A stretch of 63,962 nucleotides of DNA, counting the filler, from Sanchytrium tribonematis (lineage: Eukaryota): NCBI GenBank assembly GCA_018985235.1. It is 6 parts of 6 records of this genome, joined end to end, with 100 filler letters (N's around TTAATTAATTAA, not from the genome) between each part and the next. Parts side by side here need not be neighbours in the genome. Positions count along the whole stretch, not along the records: positions 33,014 to 43,854 come from JADGIG010000278.1; positions 43,955 to 54,782 come from JADGIG010000279.1; 4 more parts are not named here. One strand, written 5' to 3'. The position numbers and the translations under genes were made by a program. Below the pieces are notes generated by a model. That model was not told the DNA's origin. It worked only from the letters and a program-made list of their open reading frames with translations, and did no database searches. Shown one piece after another: positions 33,014 through 45,375 of this stretch. Within the stretch, counting starts at the first letter, position 1. Each line of letters starts with the position of its first letter.

Positions 33014-34567
33014 CTTTTGACTGTTTAAAACAGTTATTTTATCCGTTATATAACTAATAAATTCACTCAATTGGTTAATAACAGTGGATCGATATGTGTT
33101 TTCACTTATTTCTAAAATTTCTTTTGTGCTTCTAAACGGCTGATGTAGTAAAAGTATTTGAATGTAGTATGCCTCACTTGGCATACGCTTCAATACATAT
33201 TGATTTTCTTGATTTAAAAATTTGCTTTTTTTGAAATGAGGCTAAGTTTTTGTATCTTTTTTGCAATAAGTGGTTGTACACGAATAAATTTGATATGATC
33301 GTCGTCATCTTTTGGAATTTCACAAGAAACCATATCAAGCAATTGATTTTTGTTTTCTATATCTAGCCATATTAAAGTGTGAATATGAGGACTTCCGCGT
33401 TTTGCTTAAGATACTTTGTAATTAAACTTTGTAACTTATCATAATTGTAAATGGTTGACAAGAACGGTAATTGAATATGAATCGGTATCAAGATCAAAAT
33501 TAACATTTTGAAAATTATTTATATATTCATGCAAGTCAGTATTATTAGATTCATCTACTGAAATAGTAAGAAACAAATGTGGTAGTCCACGATCTTTTAC
33601 AAACTGTCCCACGGATATTGGTTGGAATGGGAGTACTGTAGTCTTCGTTAATTTTTTACTTTTTTGCGTCATAGTCTGAATCTACAAGTATGAATTGCTT
33701 TATTATCGAAAATTGTATTGGCTTTAATCTAATTAATAAGAGAGCTAGATGTTGATCGTGTACTGCAACTTTCAGGTGTATTAATTATACCATCTGAACA
33801 GTTTGTTTTGTTTAAGTAATCAAATTCACCTAATGGTAGTCTATCAAATTCAAAATCCTCAATCCCAGCTGTTTTATTAGCACCGTTATTAATTACTTTA
33901 AGGGTTAGGTTGCCGTGAAAATCGGACAGTACGCGATGGCCTTTTTTATTGTATTCAACTGCAGTTTTAAATAGCTCATGATGGGGTTTGATAATAGATA
34001 TTAAATCTTGAAAGATATTTCAATGCAATTGAGGCTGTTCACTTAATGGAGATACGTCTGGATCTACAGAATAAGGCATATTGTAACTTGTTAGACCGGA
34101 AAGATTTTTCCAAGCCTCTAGATTTACACTTAAACCAAAAGATTTCTTAAATCGTTGATATTGCCATGTACTAGGTCTTTTAAATTTTGTAAATACCCGA
34201 ACTAGACGCAATTTTTGAATGTCAGTCAGTGTTAACGCTTTAATTTCAGATGGAATGTTTACAATTTTCAAATCATTGCAACCTATTGTGCCTTGCTTGT
34301 TCATTTTGCAGACTAATTGTTTACTAGATTCATGCACTTCAAACTTTAATTGATTTCTTTTTCGCATTGATCCACATTTATAACACTTGTGAAATTCATT
34401 TTTGACAGTTTTCGTATTTTAGAGCCGTTCTCAACATATTTTTGTACAGATGCCTTTAGATATTGCTTTAGATTGCGTATTGGTACTGTTTTTGGGGATT
34501 TTCGAACATCTATTAATGATATGACACTCGGAAAAGCTATTCTCTCTTCTGTAAACGCACAGATCAT
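33014..34567 (-). mobile_element. Degraded Helitron-like Rep region
   Basis: RGLPHLFLTIS (Rep motif I) and KRGSPHIHTLIW (HUH motif, about 33370-33405); IPSEIKALT upstream. Confidence 0.75.
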
Positions 34568-36311
34568 GCCTGAAAATACTCAAAACAACAATTACAACAC
34601 GAGCAAATTACAAAATTCCATCGAAATAGTAAACCCCATCATCCACTCAACAAATTCTTGTGAAGATGAACCATTCGACAATGATTTCTCATCTTCGCAT
34701 CGCAGTGACTCTTCAAATGACTCTCAAATGAACGTCAAACAACCGGAGAGCCACGTGCCACAAATTACGCAATCGCAAAATCTTATTGTGTTGGGCCAAA
34801 AGCAAATTGTAACAACCGCCAATTTTATATTAACACTTTTAAGCAAATTGAAGACTCAAATCACAGATAAATCTCAGTTCATCAAATTTCTATTCAAATT
34901 AACAAAATGGTTTTATTTTAAACTGTCCTGCCCACAAAACTCAAGAAACAATCGAAATCCACACATTTGGCGATTCTATTATCCACGCAGGCTGCACTTC
35001 CGAAATGCAAATGGATCCATCTGAATTAACAAATACATCCATTCAACGATGTGGTCATATTGACAAATGTAAAATGGACGACTTATTGGATTTCTTGTTT
35101 TTGCCAGTCAAAGAATCCACACAGTGCACATTATTTTGGATTCGAAATCTATCAACCAGCTTGCTATTTTGCCACTAATCAATCAATACTCCCCATCTGT
35201 ATTGCCACTAATCAATCAATACTCCCCATCTGTATTTATTATCGTTGTCAAATTTGATAACATCAAGCAATTTAATCTTGACTGTCTCTCATTCCCCGAA
35301 AATTGGAAGGAAATACACAATCCAGAAGCACTACAACAGATTTGCCAAAAGAATTACGCACAGAGCACATCATTTCAGACTTTAGTATTTTCCAATCCAA
35401 GTGAAACAGCCATGGAAGTTATCAAAAAAGTGATCAAAAACCAGCCAATCATCTGTCCTTGTGTACGTGGTTATAAATCACCCCAATCAACATCAAACAT
35501 CGTGATCATCACTTTGCAACGCAACGAATCCAACACAGATACATTCCAATCACAATTACAATATTTAGTTGTTCAACTAACTCAGATTTGCATGTTAAAG
35601 ATAATGAGCCATTTAGAAGCCACTATAATGCCAAATTAAAGCCAAATTGTCAACCATGCACCAAATTAGAAAATGATGCATTTATTAAAATTCCTCAAAA
35701 ATGGCCAACAATTATCCAGCAATATCAAAATGGAATGCCAGATAATCAGATACACGTCTGGGTGGATGCATCACTGCATGTAGAATCACGTCAATCTACT
35801 TGTGCTTTGATTGTTTTGACAAAATCGACTTATTGTATAAAAATATACAAAATCAACAAATTGAAAGCCGATGATTCAACAAGATCAGAAATTATAGGAA
35901 TTGCTTGCTCAATGGCGCTCATTCATAAACAATTCCCAAATAATTCTGCTAATATCCATATATTTTTGCGACATTTCATCCGCCAATCTGTCATTTGAGC
36001 AATTTAAAAGCAATTTAAAACATAAATGAAATATTTACAGTGTTGATGTGACCACATTTAACCATATTCCAGGTCACGACGAATCTCAACCAAATTCATT
36101 AAATCATCTTGCTGACTACCTCAGTCACTATCATCAATTCGGGCAAGTACCCCCAATTAAACTCACCAGCAACAAATATTCACCCAAGGACCAAATTAGA
36201 ACAGATGTATTCCGTTTGCATCATTTTTGCAATTTCAGAGGATCAGACGAGGAGAATTTGGAAATATTAAGACAAGTGAAGAGAGACGTGAAGGCGAACG
36301 AGGTAACTTAG
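34565..36311 (+). mobile_element. Fragmented retroelement with an RNase H domain
   Basis: IHVWVDAS, DSTRSEIIGI, HIPGH and NHLADYLS spread across frameshifts; internal 33-nt tandem duplication at about 35169-35237. Confidence 0.65.
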
Positions 36312-37542
36312 GCGTTACCATAGACAAGAATGACTTGTCTGTTGAATTTATAGTGAATCAAAAATAAATTAATCGATTTTATTGGATAAGAAGATTTTTG
36401 ATTAAATTTTTGATTCGTACAAACGGGCCAGCGAGTAAATTTGTAGTACTTTACCAATCAATTCATTTAAATCAGCCATTACCAAGCCATTTTAGAAAGA
36501 TCTATTTTTAATCCAACCAAAATTCACTCAAATAGCCAATGAACAGCCACAAAAGTCAAGCATCATGGGTGCGACTATATAGAGAAGGGAATTACTGGAA
36601 ATTTTAATAAATTTTTATTCAGTTTCAGCATTTTAAACATTTCACAAAACATAGCTCCAATAATAGATGCAAAAAAAACTTTTTACAGGATAAGCAGCTC
36701 CAGAGCCAGTAAATGAAATGAATTCTTCTTTATTTGGGTTTGAAATGATTGAACCAAGACCACCAAAAACAGGACTTTGATCAATAAACTGTTGATATGT
36801 AAAATTCTCAATCTAAAGTTGAAGCAGATTGAAAAATGGGGGAAAACAAAGAACCCCCCCCCTTTGCAATTCGTGAGTTGGTCGTCAATTCATTTTGACA
36901 AATAACACTTGAGTTGCTTTTTGACACAAACGGGGTTTTTTGGGTTTAAGATTGGTGTGATCCAAACCCATCTTTCACATTCGGAGAATATTGGATCATC
37001 CTGAGCAACATAATATGCCAAACAACAGAATTCAGTTATTCTAGCCGGGCTTTAGATTGACCTGGTGTACATCCATATCTTCTACAGTTTTACAATGTTT
37101 CTGGCGACAAAAGACTCATCTATGTAGCAGCACTTCAGTAAAGTGATGGTAATGACTGACTAGCAGCCGACTGGTAACTTAAGTCATTAGAATAGATAAT
37201 TTGTGATGACTAATGACTCGCTAATTGACTAGCATGCCTATTTATTTAAATGATCCCATTTTGTATCCACTTTTACAAAGTACATACCCTTTCAAGGTTT
37301 CAGTTAGAAGGTTCCATCTTTACACTTCTCAATATCTGCTGATTCTTGAATCCAGGAACAAATAATTCGAGTTGTAGCATCTGCTGCCATATTGGGTGAT
37401 GCTCCCAATCAGAAGCAGATCAACTCGGAAAAATGTAAGAAAATTTACCCCGATTGGGGACAAACGACATGTGATCGACTGTGTATTGTACAGTCACCTG
37501 GTAATTGGGTACGAAGACCCATTTTAGCCAATCAGAAGTTAG

Positions 37543-37897
37543 ATGAAAGTTACTAAAAAGGAATTTTTTCCCCAAATATATACGTTCTTCACAAATATAA
37601 TCTTTTTTGTGGACTTAATTGATTACGATGACTGGATTTTACAGGGCTCAAGAAGACGTCTATTTGTGAACCGAGTAGAAGCAAGGTTAAGCACATTGGC
37701 AAGAGATGTCTTTTATCAATTTATTAAATTACTTGGACCCACAAGTTAGGATACATGGATGATTTTGTATCACTTTTTAAAAATGCATTATGAGGCGTCG
37801 CATCAAAGTGATTTGACTTTTAGTGAGGCTGAAAACGAATATTTTGAACAAGCAATTGATGTAACTGTGGCATTGCCTTTGGGATATGGCAAATAAA
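37543..37897 (+). pseudogene. Possible gag-like remnant with an in-frame TAG
   Basis: RLSTLARDVFYQF...S*DTWMILYHFLKMHY resembles the gag TWxxLxxxLxxxY block. Confidence 0.3.
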
Positions 37898-38248
37898 TAT
37901 GTGGATTTTTATTTGTTTGCCAATCAAATTCCTCAACCTGTTTTCTTTGTCCAAGGTTTTAGTAACTCTTTTAACGAGTAACTACAATTTTTAAATTGAC
38001 TTGTATTTAATTTCAATTTCTTCACACAAATTCTTTAACATTTCCAGCCATTTGGATGATCGAACCATATGAATCAGATTCTTTATCTATAAAATGATGG
38101 GAATGATTAATTTCTGGGAGCATATCTATTGACTTTTTGTTGTTTCTTGGTGACGCTACCGTAGAGGAACTAAATTGTTTTGGTGTTCCATAATATTCTA
38201 AAATCAATGAACGTAAGTGTGATTTAGTAAAGAGTGTTTCATAGTAAG

Positions 38249-38320
38249 TCCGATATGGTCCAGTGGCTAGGATCTCTGCCTTTCACGCAGATGGCCGGGG
38301 TTCGATTCCCCGTATCGGAG
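38249..38320 (+). tRNA. tRNA-Glu(TTC)
   Basis: 72-nt cloverleaf: acceptor TCCGATA/TATCGGA, anticodon arm TCTGC-CTTTCAC-GCAGA, T loop TTCGATT. Confidence 0.96.
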
Positions 38321-38583
38321 ATTTTTTGACTGTTTATTCTCATTTGATTCAAAGAATTATCCTGCGAATTCCCAATTTGATTCATTTTTGTCATATACAA
38401 CATCAAAGACTCCATGGTGAATAGCAAGAATATTTCTGCTTTTCTTGTCAGACTCAGAGACTTTTGATCTGGTGTCTTCTTAATGCCAAGCTTCATTTTT
38501 AGCGGGCACCGATTTTAAATTATGTTTAAAAATTTTGTTGAGGAGCAAATTCCTAACTTCAATTAATTAACTGTAAATCATTG

Positions 38584-38672
38584 CGAATCAAATTAATATT
38601 TTCTCCATCTCTGGTTTAGCTAGAAGAATATTAAACGCGAATCAAATTAGTATTTTCTCCATCTCTGGTTTA
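38584..38672. repeat. Tandem duplication resembling a transposon terminus
   Basis: GCGAATCAAATTARTATTTTCTCCATCTCTGGTTTAG twice; similar to the MITE end TTTTCCGATCTCTGGTTT. Confidence 0.65.
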
Positions 38673-38878
38673 GAAGAATATCAAACTGTAAAAAAATTAA
38701 ATGAGTTCGTCTATAGCCGTTCTTCTATCGCTCATAAAGAAAGCAGTAATCTTTTACATTAGTACTAATAATGACAACAGATGGTCATATTTTGTCGATT
38801 ATTGATTTTTGTAAACCAATATACTTAATCACGGTTTCTTGACCTGTTATATAAATTCAAATATTCAATCTAAATACA

Positions 38879-38950
38879 TCCGATATGGTCCAGTGGCTAG
38901 GATCTCTGCCTTTCACGCAGATGGCCGGGGTTCGATTCCCCGTATCGGAG
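38879..38950 (+). tRNA. tRNA-Glu(TTC), identical second copy
   Basis: Sequence identical to 38249..38320. Confidence 0.96.
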
Positions 38951-38993
38951 TAATTTTTTAATTTTCTCTAAAAGGAGGAGATATTTCTAAAAC

Positions 38994-39914
38994 ATGAATT
39001 TAGTGAAATTATCCGACGATGTCAAGTTTTTGATATCTAAATATGGATTTGACATTGCTTATAAACTCAATCATATCGAAGGTATGTCCACCAATAGACC
39101 ATTTCCCCTGCGACTCATATTCAATCGAAGAACTGATAGAATCGACTTTTCACCAACATTACAGCATATTGGAAAAGATGAAATCACAGTATTTATTGAG
39201 AATGGTAAATGGCATCTGTATCACTACCATATTTTACGTGGCAGTTTTGAAGATGAATTGCAAATTCAACATCAAATTTTGAAAATTTTGAATAAAAATA
39301 AAAGATGGGACTATGTATCTGTCAAAATGATACTTAAGAACGGTAATTGTGTCCATCAAACTCATTGTGCGCGTTCTTTCATCCACGTCAAATTAGATGA
39401 ATTTTATAATGAAATTAGACAATTCACACCAAATCAAATTTATACTTATTTGAGACATTTTTACGAGTCTCAACCTTATGCCAAACTGGTAGAAAAGTGC
39501 CATCTACCCAATTTCCATTTTGCTGATTATTCTGGCTCATTTGTGACTATTTTAGAATATGCTCAAAATTCAAAATCATTTAAATTGACTTTGGGATTAA
39601 ATACGCTGTATGACGAGTATAAATTGTGGATTTGGAAGGAGATATTTGATGAGTCATTAATTGATAAAGATGTCAACTGCCAATTTCTATTATTTGTGGA
39701 TGGCGTGGCCACTCAAGAAAAATACACTTTTGAAGAAGCTAAACGATTATTACTGGATGAATATAATGATAAATATACAGATGCTTCTAATGATGAGCTA
39801 TATCAACTAGCCAGTGAATTGAAATTGAAGTTGAAAAAGAGAAATTTATGCCATCGATTTCAATCTGATATTGTCAAAGGAATGGATGAGATTCGTCGTC
39901 TAGGACAGAATTAA
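38994..39914 (+). CDS. Hypothetical protein with possible F-box-like N-terminus
   Basis: 306-aa ORF starting MNLVKLSDDVKFLISKY. Confidence 0.65.
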   Translation: MNLVKLSDDVKFLISKYGFDIAYKLNHIEGMSTNRPFPLRLIFNRRTDRIDFSPTLQHIGKDEITVFIENGKWHLYHYHILRGSFEDELQIQHQILKILNKNKRWDYVSVKMILKNGNCVHQTHCARSFIHVKLDEFYNEIRQFTPNQIYTYLRHFYESQPYAKLVEKCHLPNFHFADYSGSFVTILEYAQNSKSFKLTLGLNTLYDEYKLWIWKEIFDESLIDKDVNCQFLLFVDGVATQEKYTFEEAKRLLLDEYNDKYTDASNDELYQLASELKLKLKKRNLCHRFQSDIVKGMDEIRRLGQN

Positions 39915-39930
39915 GTCAGTAAATAATAAT

Positions 39931-40107
39931 TTATTTTGGATATAGTAGCATTTTACCGCATATTACGAAGATAGAGACTAGAAATAGGAATACAAACGTC
40001 AAAATAAGACATAAATTAGATTGAAACACCCTGCTCAGTTTAGTTGCTTTGTGGCTGTGATTAGATTGTGATTCGATGTTGTGCTCGAGTGGTTCTAATA
40101 GAGACAT
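39931..40107 (-). CDS. Small C-terminal TM protein
   Basis: MSLLEP...SNLCLILTFVFLFLVSIFVICG; paralog of the next ORF; start uncertain. Confidence 0.55.
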   Translation of the reverse strand: MSLLEPLEHNIESQSNHSHKATKLSRVFQSNLCLILTFVFLFLVSIFVICGKMLLYPK

Positions 40108-40262
40108 GTAGTTGATTTTCAAGGAGTTTTGCAGGAGTTGCCAAATTGCCATACATGTGGAATTGAAAGTTTTGGATTGGTAGATAAGCTTTAGATGCTT
40201 CACTAAAGTATCAAATTAGTACCTTTCATAGACCATGTACACCTTATATATATTTATTAAAT

Positions 40263-40442
40263 TTACATCAAATAATTACCAGATATCGCAAATATACAGA
40301 CAGAAATTAAAAATACCACAAATAGAACCAGACAGGTGTTGGAGTGCACGCATTGATGAATTTTCAATCCAAATAGCCTTTTAGTTGATGAATCATGACT
40401 ATTTAGAGTGGCAGTCGTGGAATATAGATCGGGGTTCTCCAT
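40263..40442 (-). CDS. Small C-terminal TM protein
   Basis: SNTCLVLFVVFLISVCIFAISG; start uncertain. Confidence 0.55.
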   Translation of the reverse strand: MENPDLYSTTATLNSHDSSTKRLFGLKIHQCVHSNTCLVLFVVFLISVCIFAISGNYLM

Positions 40443-40599
40443 TTGCTTCATCGCATCGGCGTTAAATTTACAGATCGAATGAAATGTTTGAGAAACTGCT
40501 AAAATGATCAGAGTAGACATAGCTGTAATAGATTGCGAGTTTGATGCCAGGCATACTGAATAATTGAATATAATGAGACTCAATTGGCCATTAAATTTA

Positions 40600-40806
40600 T
40601 TAATGAGACAAAATAAAGCAAAGAGAGATGATGAATACAGCAGCTATTAATACAATACAAAAGAGACAGAATATCTGTTCTTTCTTTCTATGTTTATCCA
40701 TGTATAGCTTATGGTACGAAGCAGCTGCGGGAGAGGGCGTAAATTGAGGTTGTGGCTCATTTCCTTGCTCAATATCAATACTTTCAAAGTTTTGAGTGTC
40801 TGTCAT
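40600..40806 (-). CDS. Small C-terminal TM protein
   Basis: Polar N-terminus (DIEQG), basic patch, then a TM segment at the end. Confidence 0.65.
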   Translation of the reverse strand: MTDTQNFESIDIEQGNEPQPQFTPSPAAASYHKLYMDKHRKKEQIFCLFCIVLIAAVFIISLCFILSH

Positions 40807-40917
40807 GTCACAACAGCGTGATTAGCGTCCATTTGAACCAAATCGTGTTGCACAAATGACACAAATAATCACAAAAAAATGGCAAAAAATTCAAAATTAC
40901 AAAATTCCATAAACAAT

Positions 40918-41139
40918 TTATTGCGTGCTAAAATGGACATAATAAATAAAGAATAAAACAACGAGAGTAATTAATATAAGTGATACACAGATGCAAAATG
41001 CCAAACTATGTTGATCTTTCCTGTTTATGTAAGATATTCGATTTCTGTCTGCCGCCATCATCCTTCTTGAATTCGTTTGTCGCAGTTTTCTGTAGTTCCC
41101 CAACTCACTATCTACATAAGCATTCTCGATGTTGGTCAT
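40918..41139 (-). CDS. Small C-terminal TM protein
   Basis: Same layout (DSELG, basic patch, TM). Confidence 0.65.
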   Translation of the reverse strand: MTNIENAYVDSELGNYRKLRQTNSRRMMAADRNRISYINRKDQHSLAFCICVSLILITLVVLFFIYYVHFSTQ

Positions 41140-41527
41140 TCGATTTTTGGTTAAAGAGGAGTTGGGTTCCGACTTTTGAAGTTGGATCGAGAGGGGATCA
41201 GGTGATCTTACATGTGCGTGTTATTGGCTAAAATTGATGTATTGGTGCCACAAGTCAGTCAGATTGATTTTGGATGACCCATTTGTCATCCCTATTTGAT
41301 TCCATTTAATTTCAAAGTCAAATTGTGTCAAAATACCTAGAAATTTTGCCATTTACAACCAAAATATATTTAGACAACCAAATAATCAACCACAAAACCA
41401 AAATGATCAAATGAATCATTTCACACATCTAGTCTCGCCAACACATCTCACCAATCGACACATTCGCCCATCGTGATCTGTGCGAAGTAGACTGATCCCT
41501 GCACATTCAAAAAGAACGATTTCCATC

Positions 41528-42928
41528 TCATAATTTATTAATCGTCATTTGAAATTGACTAGGTCGTTGCGTCAACTGGGAAACTCGCTTTACATGCCCG
41601 TCTTTCATTTTGAATTCCAAATGTTTTACCAAATATGCCAAAAGTGTCTTGAATTCGACCATGGCCAATTGTTTTCCAATACAACCTCTATGCCCCATCC
41701 AAAATGGCATATAATCTTGTGAATCAATAGATCTATCCGGATCAAATTCTAATGGCTCATTTACATTAAAATGCAAGTCTTGAATTGGGACGACAAATCT
41801 CATATTTTTAGGATAATAAACATCTTTGAATATAAATGGTTTTGTGGTTCTTCTGATGATTAAAGCAGCTGGTGCATATAATCTTAATACTTCATTACAC
41901 ACTTTATCCAAATACTCGTTATTTTGCACCTGGTCCCAAGAAATCTCAGAAATGGATTTTCTCAATTTATCTTGCACTTGAGGGTGTTGGGCTAAACAAT
42001 AAAAGCTCCATGACAATGCGACAGCTGTTGTTTCATGCCCAGCACTCATAAATGTTAATATTTGTCGTCTCAAATCTTGTAAATTCAAATCACTCGCATT
42101 TCCTAATATTTTACTTAATAAATCCACATCTTTAGAAGGATTCTGAATACGATGCTGAATCATATCATCCACACATTTCTTAACAATCAATTTATGATTT
42201 TGAGTTTCTAAATTGGTCTTTAGTGGCAAATAATGTAAAATGGGAAATGCAAGTTTCAAAACCAAGAAAATCGTAAATTTTAAATTGGATAATATTTCTT
42301 CAAATGCTTTGGAAACTGCTGATGTTTTATGAAGCGCATTTAAATCGTAATTAAAGGCTACTTTTGATATAATATCCAAAGTACATTTTTGGATTTCTGG
42401 CATTGGGCTACAGGGTTGATTTAAACCAGATAATTTATCAGCTAATTGTTGAGCCATTTCCACAAATGTAGGAAACATTTTTTGAATATTCCCGGTTGTA
42501 AAGATGGGTAAATATAATTTACGAGCATTGGCGTGTTGCTGGTCTTCTTGCAACAATAATCCATCTGCTACATCCTCCAAAATGATTTTTAATTCTGTTG
42601 TTTTATGGAAATATGGCTCAGTTGCTAATAAGTGGATTAATTCTTTGTCAAATACGACTGCCATGGGTCTGAACAATGAGATGATTCCAAATATATCTGA
42701 ATTGACTTGTGATTTCCAATGTTGCATGACTTGATGTCTGATTTCTAAATCATTGAATTTCTTTGAATTTCCGAGTAAATAGCCCAAAATACCTGGTTCA
42801 TCTGGTTTAACATATGGAATCTTCATTCTAAAGTATAAAAACCTTTGAATGATGACGATATAAATGATATATGATAAAATAGCAATGAAAATAGCGGCAA
42901 AGATTTTCAGAAACATTTGTTTCAACAT
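41528..42928 (-). CDS. Cytochrome P450
   Basis: N-terminal anchor, AGHETT, EVLR, FDPDR, FWMGHRGCIG heme motif. Confidence 0.96.
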   Translation of the reverse strand: MLKQMFLKIFAAIFIAILSYIIYIVIIQRFLYFRMKIPYVKPDEPGILGYLLGNSKKFNDLEIRHQVMQHWKSQVNSDIFGIISLFRPMAVVFDKELIHLLATEPYFHKTTELKIILEDVADGLLLQEDQQHANARKLYLPIFTTGNIQKMFPTFVEMAQQLADKLSGLNQPCSPMPEIQKCTLDIISKVAFNYDLNALHKTSAVSKAFEEILSNLKFTIFLVLKLAFPILHYLPLKTNLETQNHKLIVKKCVDDMIQHRIQNPSKDVDLLSKILGNASDLNLQDLRRQILTFMSAGHETTAVALSWSFYCLAQHPQVQDKLRKSISEISWDQVQNNEYLDKVCNEVLRLYAPAALIIRRTTKPFIFKDVYYPKNMRFVVPIQDLHFNVNEPLEFDPDRSIDSQDYMPFWMGHRGCIGKQLAMVEFKTLLAYLVKHLEFKMKDGHVKRVSQLTQRPSQFQMTINKL

Positions 42929-43011
42929 ATTTCCCTCGAAATGTCTAAAATCAAAATTTAATCATAACCATGTACCTGTCATTCAGCAATTTATCATCAT
43001 GATTAACAATT

Positions 43012-43854
43012 ATGGGCTCAAATCAAGCCACAATGTCATCAATTGATTCTTCTATCTCTGAAATTTTTCAAATTTTACCGTTGATTGATCAATTAAAGTC
43101 GAATGAACTGGGAAATCCACAAGGTAAATTGATATACTCTAAAATGACGCGATTATTGTTTTTATTAGAGCAATTAGAGGGTAAAAAAGTGGATATGAGT
43201 CAAAATTTGAATACTTTATCTTCAATTTTCAACAATATCAAGTCATTTATACCACAAATGTCTGCCCAAGATACACAAGATGGTATTAATGAATATACAA
43301 GTCAATTTGATGCATATATTAAAGAGTTGGACGAAATTAGTAATTTATTGATCATTTCTTCGATTAGAGAAGAGAAATTCGAAATGAAGCAAGTTATTAC
43401 TGAAGAGAAAGTAGAAGAAATTAGACTAAAAACACTCAGTCGTCAAATTAAGCAAGAACCGACTCTAGAAATCAAATCAAATGATTCATTAAAGGAAATG
43501 CCATTAAAGGAATCTACTTCCCTCCCACAAGCAAATCAAATTGAAATTGTGATAGATGCTGTAGAATCTAACGAACAAATGCAAGAAGAATCCCCAATTT
43601 CCCCAATTCGAGTTTCCCACATTTCGTCTCGATTAGAAATTGAATCTGGCTATAAATTATTCAAACAACTCAATTATCAACCCCATTTAACATTACTACA
43701 ACTATTACACTCTATAGAAATCTATGAAATTGAACAATATCTTAAAAATAACCAAGTTCAAGTAGATTCCCCAGATCCACTCATTCAAGGCATTTGTCTT
43801 TATTTTGGAATCTCTTGTCAGCGTGATTATACAAAATCAAAAGCCATTCTACAA
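43012..43854 (+). CDS. Hypothetical protein with possible N-myristoylation and the start of Sel1-like repeats; cut by contig end
   Basis: MGSNQAT start; ends GICLYFGISCQRDYTKS. Confidence 0.65.
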
Positions 43855-43954
43855 NNNNNNNNNNNNNNNNNNNNNNNNNNNNNNNNNNNNNNNNNNNNTT
43901 AATTAATTAANNNNNNNNNNNNNNNNNNNNNNNNNNNNNNNNNNNNNNNNNNNN
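43855..43954. other. Artificial contig spacer
   Basis: N44-TTAATTAATTAA-N44. Confidence 0.97.
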
Positions 43955-44096
43955 TCTAGTGAGTTTAAAAAGGAGCATTTAAAAGATACTCGTGAATTGA
44001 TGGTGGAATTGAGTAAAGAAGTTTAATAAATAAACAAAAATTTAACAATTCCAGCTGACAAATTAAATAGTTGTATTCCTCTTTCAATCATTTTAT

Positions 44097-44456
44097 TTAT
44101 GATGTGTTGGTTTGCATTTCTGGTGCATCGTAACTCTGCGGTTCTGGCTTTGGCATGGCTGGATCTGAATATTCTTCCATGACACTCGGAGCATCACCTC
44201 GTTCCATTGATAATGAACTTGATTGTGAATATCCAGGGAAACCAGGTTGAGGCTGCATTTCTTTAGCTTCCATTGTCTTGTGTGTTCTTTGTCTGTATCT
44301 AAAGAATAAAAAGATTACCAATGGCACAACAATCAGAATTGAAATGATTAATGCCAAAATTCCGCCATCTGAAAATGCAGATTCAGAATCCTGATTTGGT
44401 GTCGCCAATATGGAATCTTTCACAGAAACACTGGCTGCATCAATAACGGATGTCAT
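44097..44456 (-). CDS. Single-pass membrane protein
   Basis: FSDGGILALIISILIVVPLVIFLFF followed by RYRQR. Confidence 0.75.
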   Translation of the reverse strand: MTSVIDAASVSVKDSILATPNQDSESAFSDGGILALIISILIVVPLVIFLFFRYRQRTHKTMEAKEMQPQPGFPGYSQSSSLSMERGDAPSVMEEYSDPAMPKPEPQSYDAPEMQTNTS

Positions 44457-44620
44457 ACAGATTGGGTACCTTAATGTTATAAATTACGCAAGACAGTCGA
44501 TGATTGGCAATCAGACATGCAAGTGAAAAACATATTTGACAAACAAGAGTTAAAATTGCACTAAGTTTATTTAAAAAAGTGTTTCTGTGTTGATTTGATT
44601 ACTTCTGCAAACATTTATTT

Positions 44621-44872
44621 CTAAACATTGGTTTGTATAATTGAATGGTAGTGGGACTGATTGTGCTGTTGATGCTGCTCCTCTGTATTGTAACTACGCT
44701 GACGGATAGCATCTTGACGTTGTCTATTCTTTGATTTGTGACATGCGCAGCTTATTAAGATCAATGGAACAATCAATACGAGGCAAATAACAATAATTTC
44801 CATAATAATAGGTAGATTGGCTATCGTGGGATTATTGGATACGGGAGAAGTCAAAGTCGAATTAGAAGACAT
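44621..44872 (-). CDS. Small single-pass membrane protein
   Basis: S/T-rich N-terminus, TM IIVICLVLIVPLILI, basic tail; similar layout to its neighbour. Confidence 0.65.
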   Translation of the reverse strand: MSSNSTLTSPVSNNPTIANLPIIMEIIVICLVLIVPLILISCACHKSKNRQRQDAIRQRSYNTEEQHQQHNQSHYHSIIQTNV

Positions 44873-45375
44873 CTTACAAGAGCAGGGTGAAGCGAGATAA
44901 ATGAAATAAAATTGCGTGATTGGTCAATTTCAAATATCTATGGGAGTAGATCTGCACAAATCATAACAATTGCAAGATCATTGGACCAGCCGACGTTTTA
45001 TTGCTTACATTTTATTTATTTCTTGGAATTCATCACTCGATGAACATGTTGCTTTATCTTCCTGTGAGTATTGAGATGACTAATTAATCCATATCCCATT
45101 CCACAAACTTCACAACAATATTTTCGATCAATTTCATTCAACTTTCTACGTTTTCGAATTCGTATTTGATGAATATCAAATGAATTGGGATCAAAACACG
45201 ATTGATGTCAAATATTGACCAATTAAGTCGAAATGCTCGATGAGACAAAACTCGAAGGTGATCTGTCCTCGATATAGTCAACCGATCTATCCTAATTTTT
45301 CAATATTGGATACTCTACAGTTAATACTGATCTGTCAAAAACCCTTTTTCAACAAGTGGCTTGACAATTTCGAAA

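Noticed and set aside
40203..40222. 20-nt GTACTAATTTGATACTTTAG candidate intron on the minus strand
   Set aside because: It fits the size class and would give MKVKHL, but a downstream ATG matches the neighbouring paralogs better, so nothing requires it.
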